A stretch of 64,000 bases of DNA from Candidatus Zambryskibacteria bacterium CG10_big_fil_rev_8_21_14_0_10_42_12 (GCA_002787695.1 PCXL01000011.1:138250-202249); one strand, 5' to 3'. Positions 9,248-19,640 are shown, numbered from the stretch's first letter. Program-made: numbers and translations. The notes: generated from the letters alone by a model not told the origin.

Positions 9248-9385
9248 AAAAAAGAATGTCCCTCGACAACGGTTCCTCCTGGCGCCGTTCTGTCGAGGGA
9301 GCTTTCTTGTGGAAGGCGAGGAGAGCAAATCACCTGGCATCCACTTATCTTTTTGAACCAGATGGAGGAACCATCTTCCCACTGA
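9248..9385 (-). ncRNA. Candidate structured small RNA downstream of thrS
   Basis: TTGCAA-16-TATTAT upstream; stems gtgggaag/cttccac, agatgg/ccatct, tccctcgaca/tgtcgaggga, then U tract. Confidence 0.5.
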
Positions 9386-9401
9386 TTAGAATAATAAGGT
9401 T

Positions 9402-11132
9402 TTATTTTTTATTTGCAACTATTTCTTTTAGATATGAAATTGTGTCTGAGATAGATTTGGCACCAATTTTTTCTTCGCGCCCTTCAATAGTAAGTGTTTT
9501 TTCCTCAACTTCTTTGTCTCCAATGACGAGTAAATAAGGAGTTCGTTCTTCTTTTGCTGCTCTGATCTTCTTTCCAAGACTTTCTTTTCTGTCATCAAGT
9601 TCTACGCGTAGTCCCGCTTCTTTCATCTCCTTCAAGACTTCTTCTGCGTATGGGAGATGAGTGTCGCTAATAGGGAGAATCATGGCTTGTACAGGGGCGA
9701 GCCAGAGCGGAAAGTGTCCGCCAAAGTGTTCGATCATGACACCCATGAATCGTTCAAGTGAACCAGAGATGGCGCGGTGAATCACGACAGGACGTTCTTT
9801 CTCACCTTTTTCATTTGTAAACGATAGTTCGAATCTCTCTGGAAGATTGAAATCGCATTGAATGGTTGCGAGTTGCCATTCACGCCCGATCGCATCTTTG
9901 AACATGAAATCGAGTTTTGGTCCGTAAAAGGCTGCTTCGTCTCGTCCAACGACATAGTTGAGGTCATTTGCTTTTGCTGCAGATTCAAGCGCCGCTTCTG
10001 CTTTTTCCCATACATCGTCTCCGCCCAGATATTTACTAGTGTCATCTCCGCGAACAGAAAGGCGCACCCAGTAACCATCGAACATATTCATGGTGGTATA
10101 GAATTCTCGGATGATAGAGACGATAGTACTTACTTCTTGCTCTATTTGATCAACACGACAAAATAGATGTCCGTCGTCTTGTGTTATTGAGCGAACACGT
10201 GTCAGTCCTGCAAGTTGCCCAGCCTTTTCATAGCGGTACACCGTACCTGGTTCAAAATATCTCACCGGCATGTCTCGATATGAAAATGTGTTGTCTGCAA
10301 AGATTTGCATGTGGTGTGGGCAGTTCATCGGCTTCATAAAAAATTCCTCATCCCCACCTTTGACGCGGAAAAGTTCATCACCAAATTTGCTTGCATGTCC
10401 AGATGTCTCATATAAATCTTGTTTTGCGAGATGGGGTGTCCACACTCTCTGATAACCTTTGCTCTGGTGAAGATCCCATAGGTAATTCTCAATTTCTTGT
10501 CGAATAGTCATTCCTCGTGGTTGCATCAAGGGAAGTCCTGGGCCGACGAGGTCAGAGATTGTAAAGAGCTTCATTTCTTTTCCAATTTTTCGGTGATCTC
10601 TTTTTTTGGCTTCTTCCATCATCCACTCATACTTTTCAAGCGCCTCTTTATTCTCAAATGCGAGTCCATAAATACGAGTAAGCATTTTATTTTTTTCATC
10701 TCCTCGCCAGTATGCTCCTGCAATACGATCCAGTTTGAATGCGTCAGGAGAAATTTCTTTACTGAGATTCTCGCTGTGTCCACCGCGACAGAGGTCGGTG
10801 AATTCACCTGATGTATAAAAAGTTATTTTTTCTCCTTTTTCTTCGAGTTCTTTGATGAGCTCTAGTTTGTACGAGTTGTTTTTAAAGTGTTCTTTGGCTT
10901 CAGAGGCTGTCACTTCACGACCCTCAAAAGACGTCCATGAAGGCAAAATCTCTTTCATTTTCTTCTCTATTTTTGCAAGATCTTTTTCTGAAATAGGAGT
11001 AGAGAATTCAAAATCATAATAAAACCCGTTTTCGACAGCAGGACCAATTGTTGGTTTTGCATCCGGGTAAAGTTCCTTAACCGCAGCCGCAAGCAGGTGG
11101 GCTAAACTGTGTCTCATGGGTTCAAGATTCAT
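9402..11132 (-). CDS. thrS: Threonyl-tRNA synthetase (no TGS domain)
   Basis: RHSLAHL, DLCRGGH, RDHRKIG, KPMNCP, AFYGPKLD. Confidence 0.98.
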   Translation of the reverse strand: MNLEPMRHSLAHLLAAAVKELYPDAKPTIGPAVENGFYYDFEFSTPISEKDLAKIEKKMKEILPSWTSFEGREVTASEAKEHFKNNSYKLELIKELEEKGEKITFYTSGEFTDLCRGGHSENLSKEISPDAFKLDRIAGAYWRGDEKNKMLTRIYGLAFENKEALEKYEWMMEEAKKRDHRKIGKEMKLFTISDLVGPGLPLMQPRGMTIRQEIENYLWDLHQSKGYQRVWTPHLAKQDLYETSGHASKFGDELFRVKGGDEEFFMKPMNCPHHMQIFADNTFSYRDMPVRYFEPGTVYRYEKAGQLAGLTRVRSITQDDGHLFCRVDQIEQEVSTIVSIIREFYTTMNMFDGYWVRLSVRGDDTSKYLGGDDVWEKAEAALESAAKANDLNYVVGRDEAAFYGPKLDFMFKDAIGREWQLATIQCDFNLPERFELSFTNEKGEKERPVVIHRAISGSLERFMGVMIEHFGGHFPLWLAPVQAMILPISDTHLPYAEEVLKEMKEAGLRVELDDRKESLGKKIRAAKEERTPYLLVIGDKEVEEKTLTIEGREEKIGAKSISDTISYLKEIVANKK

Positions 11133-11224
11133 ATATGGCTATAGTATCAGGTTTTATGTTTATGGGGAATAAATTTTTTACAGTAGATAAATTACAAGGG
11201 GCACCCTTGTAATTTTTTGTTTTT

Positions 11225-14200
11225 TTACAACTTCTTTACTTTATCAATCTTCAGTGTTTTTTCATCGTTTCGGATTGAAACATGTCCCTTGAAAGCAACG
11301 ACTGATTCGGGTACCAGAACGGTTTTGTATTCTTCAAGTGTTTTTGGGAAGGCCACGCATTCTATAGTGTCGGTGAGGTCACGAAGTTTGATAAACGCCA
11401 TCTTATCTCCTTTCTTTGTGTAAATTTCTCGCATGTCTTCGATGATACCGCCGACAACAACTTCTTGTTCTTCTTCACCTTCTTTTTTCAGATCGGCGAG
11501 TTGTACTTTTCCATTCTCGAGCTTATCCTTGATGCGATCGAGTGGATGACCGGAAATGTAGAGACCCAAGAGTTCTTTTTCCCAGGAGAGTTTATCTTCC
11601 ATACTTGCTTGCTCACTCGGTTTTAGATTGAGTGTATTGCCACCTGGCAGAGATCCAAAAAGAGAGTCTTGTCCGGCATTCTTTTGCATCTCTTTGTTAT
11701 GAGCGAGGAGTAGGTCAAGGTTCTCGAGCATTTCACCACGTTCACCGAACTCATCCATGGCTCCTGATTTGATAAGGGACTCGAGTGATTTTTTATTGAG
11801 GTTCCGGTCTTGCACACGCTCGAGAAAGTCGGTAAGTGAAGCAAACTTTCCGCCGCGTTTACGTTCAGCAATAATGGCTTCAGAAATTCCCTCACCAAAG
11901 TTTTTTATGGTTGTGAGTCCAAAGCGGATATGATCTTCTCCTTTTTCATCTTTTACTACGGTAAAGTCACTAAAACTTTCATTAATAGCTGGTGGCATGA
12001 CGTCGATTCCCATACGCTTACATTCAGCAACCATTTCTGCGACGCGCTCTGTATCTCCTGATTCTGCAGTGAGTACGGCAGTCATATAGAGAACGGGATA
12101 GTTTGCCTTGAGATAGGACGTGAGATACGCAATACGGCCATAACTCGCGGCGTGAGCTTTGTTAAAGCCGTACGCGGCGAATGTCTCGATAGAGTCCCAC
12201 AGTTCTTGTGTTTGTTTTTCTGTGAGGCCGCCAACTTCTTGACATCCTTTAGAAAATTTTTCTTTCTGCGCCATCATCACTTCGGGAATTTTCTTACCCA
12301 TAGCTTTACGGAATTTATCGGCATCTCCCCATGAGTATCCAGCAAAATGCACGGCGATAAGCATGATGTCGTCTTGATAAATGAGGATCCCAAATGTTTG
12401 TTCTAGGATGTCTTTAAAACGATTGTCTATATAGCGAACGCGTTCGGGATTGTGTTTACGTTCAATATAGTCTGGGATAAAGGCCATCGGACCCGGACGA
12501 TAGAGAGCCACCATGGCATTGATATCAAATATGTTTGTCGGCTTTAGTTCTTTGAGAAAACGAGTCATACCATCTCCGTTTAGCTGGAATGTTGCAGCAG
12601 TTTCTCCACGTGCGAGCATGTCGTATGTTTTTGTATCATCGAGCGGAATAGTATCGATGTCGAGCTCAACTCCCTTGAGTTTATGAATGAGCTCGAGTGT
12701 GTTACCCATGATGGTCAAGTTCTTAAGACCGAGGAAGTCAAATTTCAAAAGACCGACTCCGTCTTCACCGACAGAATGCATGTCAAACTGCGTGATGAGT
12801 TTACCTTCGCCTTTTGGATCCCACTGGATGGCTGCATCTTCTGTTAGTGGGCGCGGTGAGATCACCACGCCGGCAGCGTGAACACCAATATGTCTTGCAC
12901 AGCCTTCAATTTTCTTTGCCATGTCGAGAATGTCATGTACGTCACGTTCTTTTTTATAGATTTCTTTGAGTTCAGGTACTTCGTCCATTGCACGGTCGAT
13001 AGTCATCGGAAAACCTTGTGCACCCATAGGGATCAGTTTGGCGATACGGTCTCCGGTGCTATATGGGAACCCAAGGGCTCTTGCTACGTCACGCACTGCG
13101 CCACGAGCCGCCATGGTACCGAAGGTACCGATCTGTGCTACGTTATCTTTTCCGTATTTCTCGCGTACATAGGTGATAAGTTCATCGCGTCGTGCATCGG
13201 CAAAGTCCATGTCGATATCAGGAGCAGATGGACGACCAGGGTTTAGAAAACGTTCAAAGGGAAGCCCGAGCTCTATTGGGTCAACAAGAGTAATACCGAC
13301 AAGGTATGAGACGAGAGAGCCAGCAGCGGAACCTCGGGTATTGCTCAATATTTTTGTTTTCTTTGCGTGTGCCAATATGTCCGCCACCACCAGAAAATAT
13401 TTTGAGTATCCTTTTGTTTTGATAACCTCGAGCTCATAGTCGATACGTTTCTTAAGATCTTCTGTTAGTTCCATTCCGCGCCACGAAACACCTGCGTATG
13501 CTTTGTCACGGAGTTCGTCGTCAGGAGATTTGCCACTTTCAGTTTTGAGATCGGGAAATTTCCACGCTTCTTGTCCGAGTACGATTTCCAGATTGCATGA
13601 GTCGGCTATTTTTACAGTATTTTCAAGTGTCTCTGGATTTTTTTTGAAAAGTTTTACTGCTTGTTTTTGGGTAATGAAAGAGAAATCTTCCTCACTTTCA
13701 TCAAAACCGCCGAGACTTGTTTTTCCTCCGCCGATTGAGACAAGAGTTTCTCGTGCAGAACGATCCGTAGGTTTTAAATAGTAGACATCGTGTGCAGCAA
13801 CGATAGGGACGCTCGTTTCTTGGGCAAAAGACATGATGTGTTCCATATGCTCCTCATGCATGTCGATTTCTGGATGATGGGTGATTTCGAAATATAGGTT
13901 TTCTCCATACGTTTTTTTATAAAATTCAAGAGTTTCTTTTGCACGAACAGTGTCATTGGTTTTTAGTATTTGCACAATTTCACCGGAGAACGACGGGATG
14001 ATAGCAATCAACCCTTCGCTGTAGGCTGCAAGAAGTTCTTTGTCGACTCGTGGTTTGTAGTAGAATCCCTCGAGGTACGAGAGACTCGAAAGTTTTAACA
14101 AGTTTTTCCAACCCTTTTCGTTTTGTGCCAACAAAACAAGACGTGTACTCCCTCGGTCGATTTTGCCATCTTTGTCGTGGCGGGTGCGCGGTGCAACATA

Positions 14201-14404
14201 GACATCGAGCCCGAGGATCGGTTTAATCTCTTGTTTTTTACATTCCTGATAAAACTCTATTGCCCCGTAAAGACCTCCATTGTCTGTGAGTGCGAGTGCA
14301 GTTTGTCCATCATCTTTTGCCGCTTTTACCAAGTCCGGGATCTTTGGTAGGGCATTTAAAAGACTGTAGTGGCTATGTGTATGGAGATGTACGAATTGAG
14401 ACAT
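11225..14404 (-). CDS. dnaE: DNA polymerase III alpha subunit
   Basis: PHP HLHTHSHYSLL, RGSAAGSLV, PDIDMDF, YGFNKAHA, C-terminal OB fold. Confidence 0.98.
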   Translation of the reverse strand: MSQFVHLHTHSHYSLLNALPKIPDLVKAAKDDGQTALALTDNGGLYGAIEFYQECKKQEIKPILGLDVYVAPRTRHDKDGKIDRGSTRLVLLAQNEKGWKNLLKLSSLSYLEGFYYKPRVDKELLAAYSEGLIAIIPSFSGEIVQILKTNDTVRAKETLEFYKKTYGENLYFEITHHPEIDMHEEHMEHIMSFAQETSVPIVAAHDVYYLKPTDRSARETLVSIGGGKTSLGGFDESEEDFSFITQKQAVKLFKKNPETLENTVKIADSCNLEIVLGQEAWKFPDLKTESGKSPDDELRDKAYAGVSWRGMELTEDLKKRIDYELEVIKTKGYSKYFLVVADILAHAKKTKILSNTRGSAAGSLVSYLVGITLVDPIELGLPFERFLNPGRPSAPDIDMDFADARRDELITYVREKYGKDNVAQIGTFGTMAARGAVRDVARALGFPYSTGDRIAKLIPMGAQGFPMTIDRAMDEVPELKEIYKKERDVHDILDMAKKIEGCARHIGVHAAGVVISPRPLTEDAAIQWDPKGEGKLITQFDMHSVGEDGVGLLKFDFLGLKNLTIMGNTLELIHKLKGVELDIDTIPLDDTKTYDMLARGETAATFQLNGDGMTRFLKELKPTNIFDINAMVALYRPGPMAFIPDYIERKHNPERVRYIDNRFKDILEQTFGILIYQDDIMLIAVHFAGYSWGDADKFRKAMGKKIPEVMMAQKEKFSKGCQEVGGLTEKQTQELWDSIETFAAYGFNKAHAASYGRIAYLTSYLKANYPVLYMTAVLTAESGDTERVAEMVAECKRMGIDVMPPAINESFSDFTVVKDEKGEDHIRFGLTTIKNFGEGISEAIIAERKRGGKFASLTDFLERVQDRNLNKKSLESLIKSGAMDEFGERGEMLENLDLLLAHNKEMQKNAGQDSLFGSLPGGNTLNLKPSEQASMEDKLSWEKELLGLYISGHPLDRIKDKLENGKVQLADLKKEGEEEQEVVVGGIIEDMREIYTKKGDKMAFIKLRDLTDTIECVAFPKTLEEYKTVLVPESVVAFKGHVSIRNDEKTLKIDKVKKL

Positions 14405-14437
14405 AAGGCGTGTAACAGAAGTATTATACTAGAGAAG

Positions 14438-15055
14438 ATGGCGAAGCCGAAAAAAACATATTTTTCATATATTGTCGGGATTGATGAAGCGGGCCGTGGC
14501 CCACTTGCGGGTCCCGTGGCGGTTGGACTTGTGTGCATTCCGGTAAATTTTAATAAAAAGCTTTTTGGAAAAGCGAAAGATTCAAAACAGCTTTCCGAAA
14601 AAATACGGGAAGAAATATTTCTTGAGACAAAGAAGCTGCATAGAGATGGCGTGCTTACGTACGCAGTATCGATGGTGCATGCAGATGTGATTGATACAAA
14701 AGGTATTACATACGCCATAAAACTATGTATCAAAAGGTGTCTTAAAAAATGTGGCGTAAGCCCAGAAGAAACAATGGTGTTGCTCGATGGGTCATTAAAA
14801 GCGCCAAGGGTATATGTACACCAAAAAACAATCATAAGAGGGGATCAGAAAGAAAAAGTGATTTCGCTTGCTTCAATTATGGCGAAAGTGACAAGAGACA
14901 GATGGATGAAGAAAGTTGCTCTCAAATATCCGGAATACGGGTTTGAAATCCATAAAGGATACGGGACCAAAATACACAGAGAGAGTATTAAAAAGAATGG
15001 TTTATCCTCTGTGCATAGAAAGAGCTTCTTGACCCGTATCGAGATAGGCCCGTGA
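14438..15055 (+). CDS. rnhB: Ribonuclease HII
   Basis: GIDEAGRGPLAGPV, DSKQL, ASIMAKVTRD, HKGYGT; ATG 7 nt after TATACT. Confidence 0.97.
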   Translation: MAKPKKTYFSYIVGIDEAGRGPLAGPVAVGLVCIPVNFNKKLFGKAKDSKQLSEKIREEIFLETKKLHRDGVLTYAVSMVHADVIDTKGITYAIKLCIKRCLKKCGVSPEETMVLLDGSLKAPRVYVHQKTIIRGDQKEKVISLASIMAKVTRDRWMKKVALKYPEYGFEIHKGYGTKIHRESIKKNGLSSVHRKSFLTRIEIGP

Positions 15056-15093
15056 TACTTGATTAATTTCGGAGACCTGTTAGAATAGCGCCT

Positions 15094-15345
15094 ATGGTTA
15101 TTCGAATGAGACATACCAAATCCCATACAAAAAATCGTCGATCGCATCATGCGATTAGCCGAGGTGGTGTTTCTGTGTGCCCAGAATGTGGAGCATCGAA
15201 AATGGCACACCGTGCATGTATGGCTTGTGGCTCATATCGTGGCCGTAAGGTTGTAGGTAAAAAGGAGGTTGTAAAGACAGAACCTGCAGCCAAAACAGAA
15301 CCTCAAAACAAAAAAACAAAAACAGAAGCAAAAAAGAGCAAATAA
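15094..15345 (+). CDS. rpmF: 50S ribosomal protein L32
   Basis: RRSH, CPECG, HRACMACGSYRG. Confidence 0.96.
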   Translation: MVIRMRHTKSHTKNRRSHHAISRGGVSVCPECGASKMAHRACMACGSYRGRKVVGKKEVVKTEPAAKTEPQNKKTKTEAKKSK

Positions 15346-15411
15346 TATCCCCATTTGTTCTTTTTTGTTAATTGCCTAAAGGAGGTATACTGTTTTTGAA
15401 GACCTCTAGTT

Positions 15412-16293
15412 ATGGCAAACAGGCACCTTGGAAGATCGATAGCACTACAAACTCTTTTTGAGTGGGATTTCCGTAATCTCTCAAAATCAGATCTGGACTC
15501 AGTTATCAAACGAAACATTGAAGAATTTGCCCCTGGGGCAAGCGACGCTTCGTTTGTTGAGAATCTGGTCAATAGTGTTGTTGAAAAACAAATTGATCTG
15601 GATGCTATTGTGACTAAGGCTGCTCCTGAGTGGCCAATTGATAAGATTTCAAATATCGATCGCAACGTCTTGCGCATCGGTCTTTACGAACTTCTCTTTG
15701 CCCCACATGACGAGGTGCCTCCTAAGGTTGCTATCAATGAAGCTATCGAGATCGCTAAATCATTTGGAGGCGAAACCTCAAGCCGTTTTGTAAACGGTGT
15801 ACTCGGTGCGGTATATAAGGAGATGGGGGAGCCAGGCAAAGATGATGGTCCCAAGGAAAAGAGGGCGCCTATCAAAGAAGATCTTGTGGGCGCAGTGGTG
15901 TACGCCAAAGACAAGGGGGAAATAAAAATTGCTCTCGTACATGATATTTTTGGCCACTGGACACTGACGAAAGGTCATTTGCCAGAAGGTGTAACCGATC
16001 TTAAAAAAGGACTTGTGCAAGCGGTACAAGATGAGCTCGGCATTGATGTTTCTGTAAAGCAGGAAATAGGGGAAAACGAGTATGGTACGTATGATCCAGA
16101 CAAGGGGAAACTAAAAAAACACGTGACCTATTTCTTGGCCGAGACTACATTTAAAAAATTGTCTCTTAAGGAAAGTGGCGGACTAGACAACGCAAAATGG
16201 TTTCCGCTTGAAGGTATTGCAGAGCTCAATTTTTACGATGACATGATGCCGATTGTTACAAAAGCAATCGAGGAACTTGCAAAAGAAGATTAA
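15412..16293 (+). CDS. nusB: NusB fused to C-terminal degenerate Nudix domain
   Basis: IDRNVLR, VAINEAIEIAKSFG, FVNGVLG; then VGAVVY...WTLTKGH...DELGI...AKWFP. Confidence 0.93.
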   Translation: MANRHLGRSIALQTLFEWDFRNLSKSDLDSVIKRNIEEFAPGASDASFVENLVNSVVEKQIDLDAIVTKAAPEWPIDKISNIDRNVLRIGLYELLFAPHDEVPPKVAINEAIEIAKSFGGETSSRFVNGVLGAVYKEMGEPGKDDGPKEKRAPIKEDLVGAVVYAKDKGEIKIALVHDIFGHWTLTKGHLPEGVTDLKKGLVQAVQDELGIDVSVKQEIGENEYGTYDPDKGKLKKHVTYFLAETTFKKLSLKESGGLDNAKWFPLEGIAELNFYDDMMPIVTKAIEELAKED

Positions 16294-16309
16294 TCACTAA
16301 AAGAAAGAT

Positions 16310-17014
16310 ATGTTTGATACTAATGCATGTGAAGAAAGAATAGGGGTGACATTCAAAGACAAGAGTATTTTAGAGCAAGCATTTACACACCGTTCATATT
16401 TGAATGAAAACAAAGATACGGGGCGCGAACACAACGAACGTCTCGAGTTTTTAGGGGACGCGGTTTTAGAGCTTGTTATCACTCATTTTCTGTATGAGAA
16501 ATATCCAGATAAAAATGAGGGTGAGCTTACTGCATATCGTAGTGCACTCGTAAAAACAGAAACACTTTCGAGCGTTTCTGAGAGTCTTGGGTTTAATGAC
16601 TTCCTCTTACTCTCTCGTGGTGAAGCAAAGGATACGGGGCGAGCGCGACAATATATTTTGGCGAATACGTTTGAGTCGGTTGTCGGGGCTATATATCTCG
16701 ATCAAGGATATGATACGGCAAAGCAGTTTATTTATGACCACATTACCAACTTGATCGATGCGATTTTGAAGGAGGGAACGTGGATTGATGCCAAGAGTCG
16801 TTTTCAAGAGAAGTCACAAGAAGTTGTGGGAACGACACCTTCATACAGAACGGTAAAAGAGGAAGGGCCAGATCATGACAAGCATTTCACCGTAGGTGTA
16901 TTTCTAGGAAAAGAAAAAGTTGCCGAGGGTTCTGGTAAATCAAAACAAGATGCGGAACAGGCTGCCGCTAAAGCTGCGATGGATGCGAAGGGATGGGAAT
17001 ATGATAGGTTGTAG
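16310..17014 (+). CDS. rnc: Ribonuclease III
   Basis: NERLEFLGDAVL signature plus dsRBD. Confidence 0.98.
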   Translation: MFDTNACEERIGVTFKDKSILEQAFTHRSYLNENKDTGREHNERLEFLGDAVLELVITHFLYEKYPDKNEGELTAYRSALVKTETLSSVSESLGFNDFLLLSRGEAKDTGRARQYILANTFESVVGAIYLDQGYDTAKQFIYDHITNLIDAILKEGTWIDAKSRFQEKSQEVVGTTPSYRTVKEEGPDHDKHFTVGVFLGKEKVAEGSGKSKQDAEQAAAKAAMDAKGWEYDRL

Positions 17015-17088
17015 GTAGTGGGGAAATACAAAAAGAAATTGCGGCGCCTCCTTTCGGGGGGCGCCGCTACTGACTCTGGTAAAATCTG

Positions 17089-17502
17089 TCATTCCGTCGT
17101 TCGTTCGAACACGAAACGGATTGTCGCAGGTCGTTCCCAGCCTACGACATAGCAGTTTTCTTTCAGCATTCCTTGGCAGGAGACTGTCAAGGTTTGAGTT
17201 TCGGCTTGCAGGTGGCTGGATTTGAGATTGCTCGACGACGGACCCTCGGTCAATGAGTAGGTCACTGTCTTCGCGACACTTTCTCCTGGACCTGTTGGAC
17301 CTCCTGTGACCGGTTCGAGCCTCGCAGGAAATTTGAACACGATAGTCCCGCCTGGTTTGCGAACCCCGTCGACTTGAGTGTCGTCAATACGGACAGTTCG
17401 CTCGGCTGACTCTGGCCACGAAGTTACCAAACTGGCGACAAAGACGCCGAATCCTAAGCATAGGAGAATTATGACGGCACGCAATATCTTCTTACTTGTC
17501 AT
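17089..17502 (-). CDS. Orphan protein with N-terminal TM/signal
   Basis: SD GAGGTG before ATG 17502, TTGACA upstream, GC hairpin 17041-17067 downstream. Confidence 0.65.
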   Translation of the reverse strand: MTSKKILRAVIILLCLGFGVFVASLVTSWPESAERTVRIDDTQVDGVRKPGGTIVFKFPARLEPVTGGPTGPGESVAKTVTYSLTEGPSSSNLKSSHLQAETQTLTVSCQGMLKENCYVVGWERPATIRFVFERTTE

Positions 17503-17582
17503 ACGACACCTCAAGCTCAATGGGCGATTGCCCGGCGAGCTTTCTCTAAAGAGAACTTTACATATTTTTTATCAATTGTCAA

Positions 17583-17618
17583 TAAACAAAAACCACCCAG
17601 CTGGGTGGTTTTTGTTTA
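17583..17618 (-). terminator. Terminator / perfect 36-bp palindrome
   Basis: taaacaaaaaccacccag-ctgggtggtttttgttta. Confidence 0.75.
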
Positions 17619-19640
17619 GTTAGTTGCGAGTGCCTCTGTTTGTTCTTCTAGTTTTGGAATGATGAGTTCAGTATCGTGTGAGATAAGTGCCTGTTCACCA
17701 TTTGGTAAGAATGAGATCTTGTCTGTGTTCTTGTCTCGAATAAAGATCCACTTTGAACCCTCGTTGTAATACGTAGTTGCCAAGTACCAAAGCGTTTCCC
17801 CATAAACAACACGATGAACCGCGAGAATGTCATCGTTGAAGGCGATAAATTTGTAATTATCTGAAGATAGTTCCTGATTAGCGCTTCGGTATGTTGTTGT
17901 ACTTGTGTTTCTCAAGATATCAATCTGGCTATCCGTGTTAGAACTAATACTATATAGACTCCCCGCTATTGTGCTAATAATTATTAGAACTAATATCGGT
18001 ATTGTGTATGAGCTTTTAATTTTAATTGGGTTTAAAGTAGTAACTCGCTTCAGTGCCCTTTCTCTAACATTTAGTCCGTGCCAGCTATTGATAACTGTCT
18101 GCGAGAACCCATAGATGAGAATGATAGACCATGCCCAAAGTAATATATTGGTTGTAACTTGGTCAGGCGTTAATCTTAATATACTTCCAATAATACTTAG
18201 AGATAACATAAGTATAATTATCTTTTGGACGAGAGTTTCTTTCCAATACCACGCATGTTGATGGAACTTTCTCGTCACTTTATATGCCGGTTTTCTATTA
18301 GGACCATTGAACAGTGCCTGAAAAAAGGCGGCAACAAAGACGGGAGATAGGCCTAACCAGGTTTGTCGTGCGAGTAGTTGTTCCTTGTAAGAGATTCCCC
18401 ATATTTCTGCTAAATAATAAAGTTCCATAGCAACTGTAAGAAATGCTAATGAAATAAGGAATGAGAGGGAAGTGCTATCTACTGGAGAAACTCCAAGTCC
18501 TAATGTTGTCGCTAAACTAATAGCGAAGATTAAAAATGAGAAGCTTTGTACATATGCGAATTGCAACTCAAAGAACTGCAGCTTTTGTCTCAAAGAGAAC
18601 CCCTTAACAAATAATGGATTTTTGAAGAAAAATAGACGTAGGGTATCTATTGCCCATGTACCACGTTGTTTAAAGTGGTTTGGAATATCTTCTGGTGAGA
18701 TTTGGGCAACAGTACCTACAGTATAGAGGTACTCACCCTTACCGCCTTTTCGGAGTATTTCATATCCAGATTGGAGATCTTCCACAAGGTTCCATGCAGG
18801 AAATCCACCAATTTTTTCAAGTTCTGATTTTCTCCACACAAGTCCAGTACCACAAGGGAAAGCAGCGTTTGCTGCTAATCTTGATGGCATAATACGTCGG
18901 TAAAAAACGGTTGCCATGTTGTGGAACGGGTCACCTTTAGTTGTTTGTGTTTCTTTAATTGTTTGTACGAAAGAAAGTTCTCTATCATCTGTAAGTGATC
19001 GTAGACAATACGAAAGAAAGTTCTTTGTACCAACAAGGTCGTCAGCATCTCGAGTTTCAATAAATTCTATCTTTGGATAATTCTGATTTATGAAATCAAA
19101 AGCGTAGTTTAAGTTACCTGCCTTGCTCTCTCCTTTTCGTTGCGGGTGGTCTTTTGCATGTGGCAGAACATAGTGGATATCTGCACCAGTTGTTTTTCTT
19201 AGTTTGAGAATTGCTTTTTCAAGTTCCGGATTTCTTGCGTCATCACTAACTACTATAACCATTTTTTCTTTTGGCCAGTCTTGTTCGATTACTGACTTCG
19301 CGGTGTTTATAACCATGTCTACAGGCTCTTCATATGTTGGGATAAGAGTAGCAACCAGTGGCTTCTCTTTGTCTTCAAGGAATTTAAGAGGTCTCTTAAA
19401 CTTAAAATTCCAACGATTAATGACCATGACTAGACCACCAATAGTGATCAGGGTTATTGCAAACACGAATATATATCCGTAAATAGTAGTAAAGAAAGAA
19501 GAGTGATTTATGTTTGAGATTGCCCAATTAAGGTTCCAGATAAGTGATACGGCAAAAAGAATACCTGTAAGACGTACTGCATTAACCCAAAGGGTCTCTT
19601 TGTGGGTGTTTTTCTGTATTTTAGCGTTGTTTTTCTTCAT
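17616..19640 (-). CDS. BcsA-like GT2 polysaccharide synthase with C-terminal LysM domain
   Basis: SKAGNLN, RDADD, FVQT, LVED, QRGTW, multiple TMs; HRVVYGETLWYLATTYY...W..I..N...LIIP. Confidence 0.85.
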   Translation of the reverse strand: MKKNNAKIQKNTHKETLWVNAVRLTGILFAVSLIWNLNWAISNINHSSFFTTIYGYIFVFAITLITIGGLVMVINRWNFKFKRPLKFLEDKEKPLVATLIPTYEEPVDMVINTAKSVIEQDWPKEKMVIVVSDDARNPELEKAILKLRKTTGADIHYVLPHAKDHPQRKGESKAGNLNYAFDFINQNYPKIEFIETRDADDLVGTKNFLSYCLRSLTDDRELSFVQTIKETQTTKGDPFHNMATVFYRRIMPSRLAANAAFPCGTGLVWRKSELEKIGGFPAWNLVEDLQSGYEILRKGGKGEYLYTVGTVAQISPEDIPNHFKQRGTWAIDTLRLFFFKNPLFVKGFSLRQKLQFFELQFAYVQSFSFLIFAISLATTLGLGVSPVDSTSLSFLISLAFLTVAMELYYLAEIWGISYKEQLLARQTWLGLSPVFVAAFFQALFNGPNRKPAYKVTRKFHQHAWYWKETLVQKIIILMLSLSIIGSILRLTPDQVTTNILLWAWSIILIYGFSQTVINSWHGLNVRERALKRVTTLNPIKIKSSYTIPILVLIIISTIAGSLYSISSNTDSQIDILRNTSTTTYRSANQELSSDNYKFIAFNDDILAVHRVVYGETLWYLATTYYNEGSKWIFIRDKNTDKISFLPNGEQALISHDTELIIPKLEEQTEALATN

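Noticed and set aside
3754-11132. Short PheS, PheT and ThrRS as pseudogenes
   Set aside because: Catalytic motifs and frames intact; domain loss fits genome streamlining.
6824-14404. Inteins or introns in gyrB and dnaE
   Set aside because: Lengths normal, no splicing motifs; the GyrB acidic stretch is a low-complexity linker.
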